Below, piece after piece: positions 23,067 through 35,294 of a DNA stretch of 64,000 bases. The position numbers and the translations under genes are program-made. Source of the stretch: Vermamoeba vermiformis (Eukaryota). Position 1 is the stretch's first letter, and the number at the start of each line of letters is the position of its first letter. Where the stretch lies: NCBI GenBank assembly GCA_045837725.1, contig JBEWZL010000056.1, forward strand, positions 1-64,000. The letters are read 5' to 3'. A model generated the notes under the pieces. It made no database searches and had not been told where the DNA came from. It was given only the letters and a program-made list of their open reading frames with translations.

Positions 23067-24287
23067 ATGAACTTTGCTGACAAAATAATTATGCTCTACG
23101 CAGGTGAGTATTATTATATTTTTGTTCTGTCATCTGTCTCGGTGAATCCTGACATCTGGCATTTTTCAGGCAAACCTCCAGGATATAAACCAACTGAGGA
23201 GGAGAGTATGTACTTATCTTGTTATTGACACCTGTTTTACTAATTCTACCTCCTGTAGTAAAGAGGGTGAATGCGCTTGCCCGTGCCAAGTCCAAATCAA
23301 AGAAGCAGTCTGAAGGTAATACTGTTGAAATCTTATCGTTCTTAGTCATTCTAACTGTTAATAATAGAAACTTCTTCTGAGAGTGACCTCAGTGACCGGT
23401 TTTCCCCACAAGGAGGTCCCACGAATGCTATTGATGTGGATGAGGTGCACGACACAGCTTCTATTCCCAACCCTCCAGCCTCCCCTGCGCAATCTCCTCC
23501 CCTCATTTTTACTGCAAATGTCAATAGCTCCAAATTAATTGCGGAAATGCAGAAAAAATTCACCAACTTGGAAGTTATTGACTTGCAGTAAGTACAAATA
23601 TTGTTAAATTGAATGTATGCTAATTGCTTGTTTTAGTGATCCAAATGGAATTTACCACGTACTGCAGCCATACGCTATGCAAAGCATTGTGCAAATTCCT
23701 GTAAGTATTTCTTTTAGTTTTTTAATGCAATGCAATAGACACAAGGCTAACCGCACAAATGACAGGTAATTAATTCTGCAAGGATTTCTGTTACTGTTCA
23801 AGGGCTTTATGAGTGCTTCAAGTTGTTTAAGCACAATCCAAACATCGACGTGGTTATGTTGCAAAAACATCAAGAAAAGATCGTGCGCAAAGAGCCAGCA
23901 AAAGATTTACTTGGTTGGCAATTGGTAAGTAACTTTATTTTTACTTCAAATATAAGCTTATATTTAAATTACATGACTTTACAGGGGGAAAAAAGCACAA
24001 CCTTAGTTTCTGCCGAGATTGCGCACCACCTGTTCCACATTTTGCCATACTTATGGGTGATGGAGAAATCAAAGCCAATTTGCTTGAAGTTTCTTCGTGA
24101 TTTTCTTAAGGATGGAAAAAGGCTCCTGCTACTTGACTCTGCCAACAATTTTGATATCAACGACTATTCCTCCCCTGTTTCCGTTGCGACTCTCGTTAAA
24201 TTAATTCTTGAAGATCAGGCACAAGCAATAATAGAGGATATCAAGAACACATATGACAATGTAGATCTGAGCATGTATTCTCTGTAA
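23067..24287 (+). CDS. Multi-exon orphan protein of unknown function
   Basis: Consistent in-frame path MNFADKIIMLYA|GKPPGYKPTEEE|IKRVNALARAKSKSKKQSE|ETSSESD..|..|..GEKSTTLVSAEIAHHLF..SMYSL* with canonical introns. Confidence 0.65.
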
Positions 24288-24514
24288 ATAAATGAAGTTC
24301 ATGCAAATTTCTTTTTGTTGGATCAGGCCTTTTTGGAACCTGTGGCAGTGCACAGGATAGAATAGAATATGATACAATAGAATATACATGAAGGGATAGC
24401 AATATTTGGCATTAACATGGTGAGAGTTTGAGAATTTGGAAGAGGCGGGATCTGCTCAGCAGAAATGTTAAGTTCAAGTTGCAAGAAGACAACCAAACAG
24501 CAAATTTCGAATAT

Positions 24515-24830
24515 TATGGCTGGTCATAAAGATAGACATTATGCCATGATAAACTTGCAATTGAACCCAGGACTTTGGCAGGAGTCAATTTATGGCTGGC
24601 CATAAAGTAAAAATAAGATATTTGCCCACACCTGGAATTGAACCTGCGCCAGTGTTGCAGCAACTCTATGGCCGGCCATAGAGGGAAAATAAAAAACTGC
24701 CCACACTTGGATTTGAACCTGCGCCTGGATTCAAACCACGATGACAGGTTCGAGTCCCACTGTGGCCATACATTTTTTTTATTTCTGTTATGGCTGGCCA
24801 TAGACAAACAACGAAATTGCCCACACCATG
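24515..24830. repeat. Array 3 of B-box/palindrome units, eroded
   Basis: Variants TATGGCTGGTCATA, TATGGCTGGCCATA, GGAATTGAACC, GGATTTGAACC, GGATTCAAACC; same inverted hub as at 22381-22457. Confidence 0.85.
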
Positions 24831-25108
24831 CTTCTCAGGCCTAATTTGTCACCACACCATTTACAAGCTTCATTTTAATGCAGCTTTTATTAGATGAAAA
24901 TCAAACCAACTACACTAAGGCAATATTAAACACTTTGCCTGCAACGCAGTCAATGCATCACTTGCGTAAGCCACAAAGCCATCTGCAAAAATCCATCAGC
25001 CCAATCACAGTATGTAAGTACTGTCAGAGCTCGCTTTGACACGGAATTCAAATTGGTCACTCCAGAACTACCCCAGTGCATCTGTGCCATGGTTGCAAAG
25101 TTAACCCC

Positions 25109-25356
25109 CTTGTTGACCAAGTTTGACCAGACCCCGTCCGCGCCACGGGGACGCCCCCTTGTTGACCAAGTTTGACCAGACCCCCGTCCGTGCCACGGGG
25201 ACGCCTCCTTGTTGACCAAGTTTGACCAGACCCCCGTCCGCGCCACGGGGACGCCTCCTTGTTGACCAAGTTTGACCAGACCCCGTCCGCGCCACGGGGA
25301 CGCCTCCTTGTTGACCAAGTTTGACCAGACCCCCGTCCGCGCCGCGGGGACGCCCC
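25109..25356. repeat. Five near-identical 49-50 bp tandem units with a GC hairpin
   Basis: CTTGTTGACCAAGTTTGACCAGACCCC(C)GTCCGCGCCACGGGGACGCC(T/C)C x5; CCCCGT/ACGGGG stem. Confidence 0.97.
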
Positions 25357-25729
25357 TGTAAAAAAAGTTAAAAAGTTAAACCCTAAAGTGGAAGTTAGCC
25401 CTACATAGTATACTAATGGGAATTGACATAGAAATTTCATGTACAACGTACTGTAACTGTAAAATAAACTTTATTTTTCAACATACTCTTGGTACAATTT
25501 TGTACTAATTAAGCGAACTCATGCGCATTATTAGAGAACTCATGCGCATTGTAATAGTAAAACTGGAGAAGGTTTTTAGGGTGATTCATCCGGATGGAGA
25601 ATATAACCCTAACCCTAAATCAGATCATGGAGTTGGATGAGCTCATTGACTTGAATCAACTCAACAACATGAACTACATCTCTCTTTCTGATGATGAAGA
25701 CAACTCTATGGATTTATTCTTTGACTAAT

Positions 25730-26230
25730 CTCTATCTTCCTTTGTATACGCCTCTTGTGAAGGCATTAAGAATGATATTGCATTCTATTGCTAACTTTGA
25801 TATTCAACAAAATAAAGACACTGCCTTAGTGTACTCTGCTATCTTGATTCTCTTTGTATACACCTGCTGAAAGATTAATGCTTAATTCTATTACAACTCT
25901 GATATTCAATAAATAGCATTATTCATCAGTTACTCTCTTTACTCTCTATGTATACGCCCCCTCTTTGGATACAAATAACATTGCATTCTAATTTGATATT
26001 CACTGCAATATCTCTCTTTGTATGCACCCTCTGATGGGTGCTAAGAATAATGATTAACACACTCAATCTCTAAATCAATCACTCTATGTATACACCCTCT
26101 AATCAGATTGAATCATCATTCTATTCTATGCACCCCAATCATCATTCTCCATAAGAATCATCAATGAAATCTCATTAAATGAACATCACTTCAACATATC
26201 AACATCACTTTCATCTTCCTTTCTATGCGG
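25730..26230. repeat. Highly degenerate AT-rich tandem repeat
   Basis: Recurring TCTCT(T/A)TGTAT(A/G)C(A/G)CC and CATTCTA..TGATATTCA at roughly 70-110 bp spacing. Confidence 0.6.
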
Positions 26231-27010
26231 GGGCTAACACCGCTAATATCATCATATTTTCGTACGCCTATCATTTGACATTAAAAAAACAGCTATAGAA
26301 ACTTTGTAGCTACTTTTTACAATATTTTATTTTTAACCCTCTCACCCCCAAACCCTAAAGCTATATTAATCAGTCTCAGAGGGAATTGCCCCTTTAGTGG
26401 GCTTTTACTTAATTCATCCAAAGGTTGTCCCTTCACTGGATAGCACTCTTTGTAAGTGTTTGTGATGCTTGTAATCATATGAGCAAAGAACATGGTGATG
26501 CAAGGGTAAGAACAGTGAAATTGATTTGTATCCAGGTCCAAACTAACTAATGATTTGTTTATAGCAGTCCATATTGCAAAGAATCTTGAAATTGCTGTTC
26601 AACCTCAAAGGAGCACATTCCTGTCATGATCAGGAACTCTCACTGTTGAGGGATCTATTTTGCTGGCACTACCCACTGGCTATGGCAAAATTACCAAATC
26701 AAGGGTTGAAGGTCAGACAATGTGTATTTGACTTGGAGTTCGACTGACGTCACTGAAAAGCAATTGTGGATTTGCTTTTTCTGTGGTCAATAAGGTCAAA
26801 GTCAAAAAAAAGACTAATCAAAGGTTATGAGAATGTGCAATGTGTTTTGCAGGATGTCAAAACTGCAGAGCAATCAGTCGAAACGCAGAAGATGAGGTAC
26901 ATCCAGCCTTCTTATCAAGGTGTGTTAGTTTGAAGATATTTGAAGCTTGTTGCCAATAGCTATACAGGCAATAGGAATAACAAGGAAAAGAAAGTGTTTA
27001 GATTACAAAT

Positions 27011-27859
27011 TTATTCACAAATTACATATGTCTTTATCACAGCGTTAGAAGAAGCTACCTCTTTTATTCTTCCCAAGTGCTGTAAAGTCAGCATTATTGC
27101 TCTGTTTGTTTGGTCCATTTTAAGGTTGAGCTCATTCTCTCCAAAGACTATTCAATTACTGTTATTATGCTGACATAACTAGTTTAGGAGTTAGCTAGTG
27201 CACTTACCATCTTGTCCTTTAGTATTTTCGGTGTACAACAATTTAATTGCACGATACCGTTGTAATTGTGACGGATCCATCTTGCTGATTGGAATTGCCA
27301 TTATAGCTGCGTGCTGAGTGAGTATTTTATTGATATTCCGAACCACGTCATTTATTCGCTCCAGACTTGCTCGGCCTTTGACATAACTACCATGCAACCG
27401 AGTTACTGCACGTCCAATATAAATACAGCGCTTGCAAAACGTACCTCGGGCATTGATCGAGCTCGAACTGTGTGACTATAGCGCAGCGATCGCCATTAGT
27501 TGTGGATTCGGAACTCGCGCAGTATTGACTTATTTCCTGCAATCTCTCGCGGTGCATATCGCTCGTCCTCTCTAATTCCTAATATTTCTGTACGTTGGTA
27601 TTTATCAATGAGCATTAGAATTGAATTACCTGCGCGAGTAATATATTTTTTTCGAGTTGTTCTGCGTATCGTTTTGGCTTGCGTATTTCATTTTCTAAAT
27701 TTGTGATTACTTGTTCTAACATTATTAATTTATCCTCGAATAACGTCCCGTCATCTAAAAATGATTTAAAAATTAATTGACGCTAGATTTGGATCACAAA
27801 GATATCCAATTACCTTCAATTAAATCTGCTTGAATCTTTAAGTCGGCAATATTAGCCAT
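27011..27859 (-). CDS. SKA1: Spindle and kinetochore-associated protein 1 homologue
   Basis: Spliced IVTQFELDQCP..YVKGRASLERINDVVRNIN..RYRAIK..|..RAIMLTLQHLGRIKEV..TYVICE* resembles the SKA1 microtubule-binding domain. Confidence 0.75.
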
Positions 27860-27987
27860 AAAATTGTCGACCAGTACGGCCAACGATGACGCTACTAACG
27901 GTTGGCTCATTTGTGTTACTGAATCAAAAAAATCGCTTTTTTGGCGCGCTTTGCCAAATCAAAATTAACAAATGTTTGAGTTTTATT

Positions 27988-30887
27988 TTAATCGTCAACA
28001 TCGCTACCATCATCGTCGTCATCACCTTCTGATGCCTCGCGGAGCCATGTCAAAAACTTCTCTGATTGTTTGTAGAAACGTTGATCGGCCTCATCTGCTC
28101 CCTTCATTTCGTCGGCCCACTGCAAAATAGAGTCTTCGTCTAATACTTCAGCATCAAATAGAGTATCCAAGATCAATTCAAAAGCTTTTGCTAATTTCTC
28201 GTTTCCTGCTTCTTCGCACAGATCTTGAATCTTGAAGATCAACTCGGTCTGATCTTCGGTGCTATCAATAAACTTGAGCAATAGAGGTGCCCACTTCTTG
28301 AGGATCTTGACCAACGATGAGTTGTAATTCTTCTGGTCCACCAACTTGACCAAAGTGGAGAAGATCGCAGTCAACGTATCCAAGAACGAGCTGTTGTAAG
28401 CGAACTTGAGGCCGTTAATTTCCAGCACTACGTTGTCGATCGAGTGGTTTTCCGCGACAGCACGTTCAACTGTTTCTTGCATTTCGTCGTTGAATCGTTG
28501 CAGATCTGACACGTACTCCACTGACTTGCCTCCACCAGCCTGCAAAACAGATTAGTTCAAGTTGATAAGAATCATAATCGCTAGTACCTTGAGCCGCTTG
28601 CTTTGAGTGCGCTTCAAGTTGGACCTTCGTTCAGCCTCATCACCCGAATCTTCCGCGCTCTTGTCATCGGCAGCATCACCGCTGTCAGCACTGTCTTGGT
28701 TGAAGTTGAAATCACCGTCGTCATCGCTAGGCTCGTAGCTGCCGTCCTCTTCCAGTTCTTCAGAGGAGATCGACGACTCGTCGGTTTCTTCTTGATCTTG
28801 CACGTCATTGTCTTCGTCGACTTGAGTAACGCGCTTGGTTGTAATGAATAGCTTGGTGACATCTTCTGAGAGCACGAGATCGGTGAATCTGAAACGAAAT
28901 TAGTTATTTTACTGTCAGAAACGAGTAAATCATGTCGACGTACCTCAGGGATTGAGTGAGATCAGCAGCGGGGTCGCGAGGAGTGTAGCTCTTCAACAAC
29001 AATTCACGTTCAACTTCGCACCACTTGTTGCCCTTGCCATCCTTGCCGAGGTTAATAGCCACAACGCGAGGAGGTTGTTGAGCAGCAGGGCTGACAGGCT
29101 TGCTGGTCAGCTTAGTGTACGGAGGCAAGCGCACGCCTTCACCAACAACGCAGTTGTATGCGAGCAAGCAGCCCTTCTCGATAACAGCTCCTTTCTTAAC
29201 GCAGCTGTTGGAGCAAATCAACGAATCGCTAATCTTCACATTGTCTTCAATTACTACATTGTCCCACAGGTAGCAGCCTTCAAGACGCACGTTTGCACCA
29301 ATCTTGCAGTTTTTGCCGATGACTGAATGCGAAATAAACGTGTTGTCACCAATGTCTGTGTTATTGCCAACAACAACGTCTTCTTCGAGAGTGGAAGACC
29401 GTGACAAGTTGACGTTGTTTTCTTTGTAGATCGAAGGTCTGCTCAATGAGTAGCTCGTGGAACCGCCCAACAACAGGTTGTTGTCGGGAACTAACGGGTA
29501 CGTCCATCGTGAAATAATGTCTCGTGAAATCAAGTTGTATGATCGCAAGCAGTTAGCGCGAGCAGCATAGTACTGGTTGGTAATAATGTGCGTGAAAATC
29601 TTGGCGTTGAAAATCTCTTGTTGCACGACACCTTGAATGAACTGCTCGAGTGTTAAGTAGTCAAAGTTGTCTTGGAACTGGAACAACACTTCAGTGCTGC
29701 AAATAGCAATGCGAGTGTCGACCAAGTCATTGCGGAACTGAATTCCCTCTGCAAAGTTAAGTGAGTATGTTAAATAGGCCTGGACGTGGCGGCCATCGTA
29801 TAAATTGGCCTTCGCAATTATAAGAACTTACTGGGGTGATCAGCAAACAATTGCAAGTCAATGGTGGCCTTCTTATCGACAGCCTTGTGTTCATAATAGA
29901 CCAGCTGACCAGACTCGGGGTTGATGGCAATGCACGTATCATCAGGATGAGTAACTAATTGACCGACTTTCATGGGCACGGGCTTGCTTGAGATTTCATA
30001 GCTCTCTTCGTCATTCGAATCAGCATCTTGATCCTCGTCGTCGTCTTCTGTTGCAACAGTAGCTGCGGCGTCGGTGTTGAATCGCTTGAGCACGCGACCA
30101 ATCTTGGCAGAAGCAGCACCTCGACGGTTTTGCTTGAACAAGAGTGTCATAATGGCCTCCTTGTCCTTCTCCTTGCGTGCCTGGTGAGCAGCTAACAAAG
30201 CACGAATGTTGACGTTGCTGACGACGTCGGAAGTGACCAAAATGAAGTCTGAGCGCAATAATTGATTCTCGTACATTTCACGCATGCACGCGCCAATATT
30301 GTTAGCTTGGCGAGTGACGCACTTCACTGACATGTGTTGTTTGGACCAGTTGCTTTGGCTGCACGCATGCATTAATATAGAGATGTAAATTGACAGATCG
30401 TCTCGACTTACTCGATATATTTTTGGATCTGATCAGAATGGGACGAGCAAAATACAAACACTTCCTCTACACCACCACTGGCAAGAAATTCGAGCGTATA
30501 CTCGATCATTGGCACGTTGACCAACGGAAATAAGGCCTGATCAAATAAAATATTTTAATACTCTGACAGATTATCGTAAGATTAGCACCAAAATTTGAAA
30601 ATAATTATATTGTCAATAATTTAATTAGATTGGGCGGTAAGAAGCAATTATTACGTTGCACAAAGGACGAATCTGATTTTTTTTCCAAAACACGAACAAT
30701 TGGCAACACAAAGGCATGGAATATTATTTTAAAAATGAATAAATAACTAAATATATTTTGCAGATTAAATACATACTCTTGGAGCATCCAGTGAGATCGG
30801 ACGATAAAATTCATCAAAGCTATCAGCAATGACCAACGCTTGAATCTTCTGCGTTGCTTTAATTGACTCCTTAGTTTTCTTGGCCAT
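27988..30887 (-). CDS. EIF2B5: Translation initiation factor eIF2B epsilon subunit
   Basis: QALVIADSF..RPISLDAPR nucleotidyltransferase-like domain, hexapeptide beta-helix, SRDIISRWTYPLVPD, C-terminal W2 domain (LEINGLKFAYN; FLTWLREA). Confidence 0.95.
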
Positions 30888-31240
30888 GATTAATATGTGG
30901 GTGTCAATAATAGTCTGGAACAAAAAAAGCCGCTGCTTTTTGATCCGCCAAAAAACCAAAAATTCTTGCACACACCGTTTCATTCATTTTCAATTTGAAT
31001 TCAAGGGAAACACGAAGGTGAGTACTGCGGAGACAACAAGTTAAGCGAACTATCTATTGTGGGGGAGTCATTTCGCGATCGTCACTTGGATGTGGTGTGC
31101 CGCGATTTCCCATAGTTCTTAATAATATCTGCCACAATTCCACCTTTATAATAATATTTAATTACGTGATAATACTTAAATTCGACTATGTTAGCGCTGT
31201 ACTAACTTTATAATTTTCCTTCAGAGATCTGAATTCGAAA

Positions 31241-33091
31241 ATGAGCAAAACCTTCACTAAAGAGGAAGTCGCCAAGCACAATAAGGCCGAAGACTGTTGG
31301 ATTATTGTCCACAATAAAGTCTACGATGTAACAAAGTTTTTGAGCGAGCATCCTGGAGGAAAGAAAGGTACCGGTCATTTCGCTCAAATTACCCTTTCAC
31401 ATATGAAAAAAATCGACCATATAATGAAGTAATATTGTCGAGGATATTGCAATTTGTAGTTCCCATTTTTGATCGGATTTACTCAAATATATTTATTTTT
31501 AGTCTTGGTCAATGTCGCTGGTAAAGACGCCACAAAGCAATTTGACCAATTCCACAAGGGAGATATCTTGACCAAATACGGCCCTCAATTGTTGATTGGT
31601 GAGATCGGAGCTGCCGCTCACGAGACCAAGCAAGCCAGCCCTGCCGCTGGTCGCACTTTTGGTGATATGGTTCCTTATGGTGATCCCAACTGGTACCAAA
31701 ACTGGCACTCCGCGTACTACAACGAGTCGCACAAGAAATTCCGCGCTGCTGTGCGTGCCTTCGTTGACAAGGAAATCACTCCTTTCTGCCACGAGTGGGA
31801 CGAGAACAGAAAGATGCCGCAAGACATCTACCGCAGATTGTACGAGGCTGGTATCTTGCCCGGCACTGTCGGCATGGTGCCTTGTAAGTAATGCGAGACA
31901 CGCTTGCCCGGGCAACTTACTAACAGTTGTGACTAAAGGGCCCACTGATTACGTCGGCACCAACATTGCTGGTGGCATTAAGCCCGAAGAATGGGACTCG
32001 TTCCACGAATTGATTTTGTTGGACGAAATGTGCCGCTGCGGTTCTGGTGGTGTTATCTGGGGTACGTTGCTAATGTTCCTAGCTGAAAAGATTCTGACAT
32101 TACTGCTCCAGGTCTGTTCGGTGGTCTCGCTATTGGTTTGCCTCCTGTCTTGCACTTTGGCTCCAAGTACTTGCGTGACAAGGTCGCCGGTCCTTGCATG
32201 CGCGGTGAAAAGACCATCTGTCTCGCCATTACTGAGCCCTACGCCGGCAGTGACGTCGCTGGTCTTCGCACTGAAGCCAAGAAGACTGCCGATGGCAAGC
32301 ACTACATTCTCAACGGTGAGAAGAAGTGGATCACCAACGGTGTCTTCTCTGACTTCTTCACCGTCGCTGTTCGTACCGGTGGTCCTGGTATGGGTGGTGT
32401 CTCGTTGTTGTTGGTCGAGCGCAACATGCCTGGCGTCACCACTCGTCAAATGAAGTGCACTGGTGTCTGGCCCTCGGGTACAACGTACATCACCTTCGAA
32501 GACGTCAAGGTTCCTGTTGAGAACTTGGTGGGCAAAGAGAACGAAGGCTTCAAATATATAATGAGTAACTTTAACCATGAGGTACGTGCTTCGTTTCAAA
32601 GAGCAATAGGTTAATTTTATCTTCAGCGTTGGGGTATTGTCGTTCACGCCACTCGTTTCTCGCGCATCTGCGTTGAAGAATCCTTCGCTTATGCCCACAA
32701 GCGCAAAGCCTTCGGCAAGCGTTTGATCGATCAGCCTGTCATCCGCTACAAGTTGGCTCAAATGACTCGTCACGTTGAGGCCACGCAATCTTGGTTGGAA
32801 GCTGTCACTTACCAAATGACCAAGATGACCCACAAGGAACAAGCTGCTAACTTGGCCGGTCCCATTGCCTTGTTGAAGGCCCAAGCCACTCAAACCTTCG
32901 AGTACTGCGCTCGTGAAGCCTGTCAAATCTTTGGTGGTCTCGCTTACACCCGTGGTGGTCAAGGTGAGAAGGTCGAACGTCTCAGCAGAGAAGTGCGTGC
33001 CTACTCTATTCCGGGCGGTTCTGAAGAGATTATGTTGGACCTGGGTGTGCGTCAAGCCATGAAGCAATACGAACAAGTGGCCAAGTTGTAA
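31241..33091 (+). CDS. Cytochrome b5 domain - acyl-CoA dehydrogenase fusion
   Basis: [63 protein letters not shown]. Confidence 0.95.
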
Positions 33092-33245
33092 ACTGCGTAG
33101 TAAAGAGCTGTCATTTATTGTCGAAGCGTGCAGATAGATGAGTGTGAAGTGTTGGGGCCAGTAACTGAACGGAAAATAATATGCGAGTGCGCCCTGACCA
33201 GACTTCTTCTCGTGGTATTGTTTGTGAAAGCAACGTTCTCCTTTC

Positions 33246-35028
33246 TTACGGCTCGCCGGACATCGTCGTTAGCTCGGCATTGGATTCGTTGCGTGGAATC
33301 TGTTGATGCTTGCCATGAACGGCTTTCTCGTGATCAACTGGTCTGTGAGTTGCGAGGAAGAATACTAGCGCAACGACACCCAAGACACCCGTGCCTGATT
33401 ATTGTTGTTAGCCGTATATAACGCTCGTGTAGCTACTCCTAGTACTTACCGAAAAACAGCACGTACGGTCCAGAGGTCTGATACACTATGCCGCCAATAA
33501 GAGCACCAATGCCTTGGCCAAGTCCCGAGAATGAGGCATTGAAGACACCTTGCGCAGTGGCTTCTAATCCAGGTGGTGCAATATCTGACGCGTATTGTAC
33601 GCCTGCAGTCCAGAAGGAAGCGAACATCAAGCCGTGGAACAACTCGAAGGGGAGAACCCACCACGCGGTGGGAATGATGCAGTAGCCGAACGAACGAACT
33701 GAATGAGAGTCAGTACTGACCCGACTAATTAAAAATGGACTTACTGATGAGACTAGCTGCTGCTGCGACCATCATCCAACGAATTCCAACCTTTTCGAGC
33801 AGTTGTTTGCCAAAGAAAAAGAACGGCAGTTCGAGCAATATCGTGAAAATCATGTCGACGCCCAGTAGAAGTCCCGAGGCATTCAAATCTTGGCGCAAGA
33901 AGATGAACAGGAAATTTCCGATGATAGCAGCACCCATGCCGATCATCATAACGGTGATATTGAATAATACGAATTGAAGTGATAGCAAGCTCTTGAACGA
34001 CGTCCAAAATGATGGCACGACAATAATCTCATTTGCTTCGAATGGAATGTCTACGTAAGGTTATTATTGTAAATGCTTTAGATAACCACTTACCAACGAG
34101 CGTGGAGGGCTCTGAAGCTGAAGAGGCATCATCGGCAACTTTTGGTGAAGCGTCTTTGTCCATTTCTCTGCACGATCCACAAATTAGTAAATTGAACAAA
34201 TTGGCTTTTGTATAACTTACTTCATGGTCTCACTATCGCTCTTTAGAATTGAATTCAAGTCATTGTACTTCAACATGAGAAGAACAATTAAGAATGAAGC
34301 GACGTAGCCGAGAGCACCCGCGTAGAAAATAAACTCGATTGGCCAGTGATCAATGATGATTCCGGATAGAAAAGAGCATATGCCCCAACTAATGGCAGCC
34401 CATAGGCGTTGTTGGCCGTACAATTCCTTCTCGTTGTTCATTCCTTCAAAAAATTGTGAGTAGATCGAGGGAAGGGAATCACACGCGGGCGTACCTAATA
34501 TTGCTAATACGAATGAATCGACTATTGATGAGATAGGGCTCGAAAAGAACGACAGAATCAAGTGCAATATGAGCAACATGGCAAAGTTCTTGACAAGTGG
34601 GTGGATCGTGTAGAAGATCAGGATAAATACCGTGCAAGCCATCAAAACCAACAATATTGTGCGGTGTCTGCGCTGTTTGTCCGCGATACCGGGCCAGAAC
34701 ATGGTGCCAAGCATTGATACAAACGGATATAGCGACGTCAGCACTCCGATCTGGACAGCTAAGCGAAGGAAATAGGTATTGTTAGTATCATTTAAATTAT
34801 TATTTATATTAATGAATTATCGTGCGTTAAATGTTGTAGAATGACGGTTTGGGGTTGGATCCAGGTATGAAAGTCACACCTGTCTAATTTAATAACGTAT
34901 TTTTGTGAGAACTTACTGCTAAATCCAAGATATCTGAAAAACACTGCTAAATAAGGTGTATAGAAGGCAGAAGCAGCGAAAATAACAAAGTGCATCGCTT
35001 TCGGGAGGATGTAGAGACTTTTGGCCAT
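33246..35028 (-). CDS. Major facilitator superfamily transporter (MFSD6-like)
   Basis: Multiple TM helices; YGQQRLWAAISWG; PPGLEATAQGVF..GLGQGIGALIGG. Confidence 0.9.
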
Positions 35029-35294
35029 CTTGGTCTTGATATTATTAACCAAAAATCTTCTTGCGTTTGAATACTATTTTTTGACGAGTTTTTTACGTCA
35101 GTTAGGCCAAAAATAACAGATGTGAACGAAGATCGCGATGGTTCGATAGCTTCCAGAAGCAAACAAGCTATTCTTTCGCTCTATTAAACATACAATTATA
35201 ATGAAAATAAATAATCAACGGAATAGTCGCCGACTTTCGTGTTCAATGCACGAGAACCAGAATAAAACTGCGTTTCAGATCGTTTCAAATTTTT

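Larger units (their letters stand above)
301..26400. mobile_element. Putative composite or nested giant mobile element island; boundaries uncertain and may extend left of the window
   Basis: No housekeeping genes, orphan chromatin/DNA-binding genes, multiple repeat arrays, apparent CpG erosion, abrupt return to conserved genes at SKA1. Confidence 0.55.

Noticed and set aside
17258-24830. Functional tRNA genes
   Set aside because: Only T-arm/3' acceptor-like halves are present; no D-arm, anticodon arm or matching 5' acceptor strand is recognisable
16478-25356. CRISPR array interpretation of the palindromic repeat arrays
   Set aside because: Spacers are near-identical or related to each other, no cas genes are visible, and the context is eukaryotic
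26565-26712. RecQ-like Walker A motif (LLALPTGYGK) on the plus strand
   Set aside because: GK is followed by Ile, the frame has a stop, another frame is open, and no DExH motif follows
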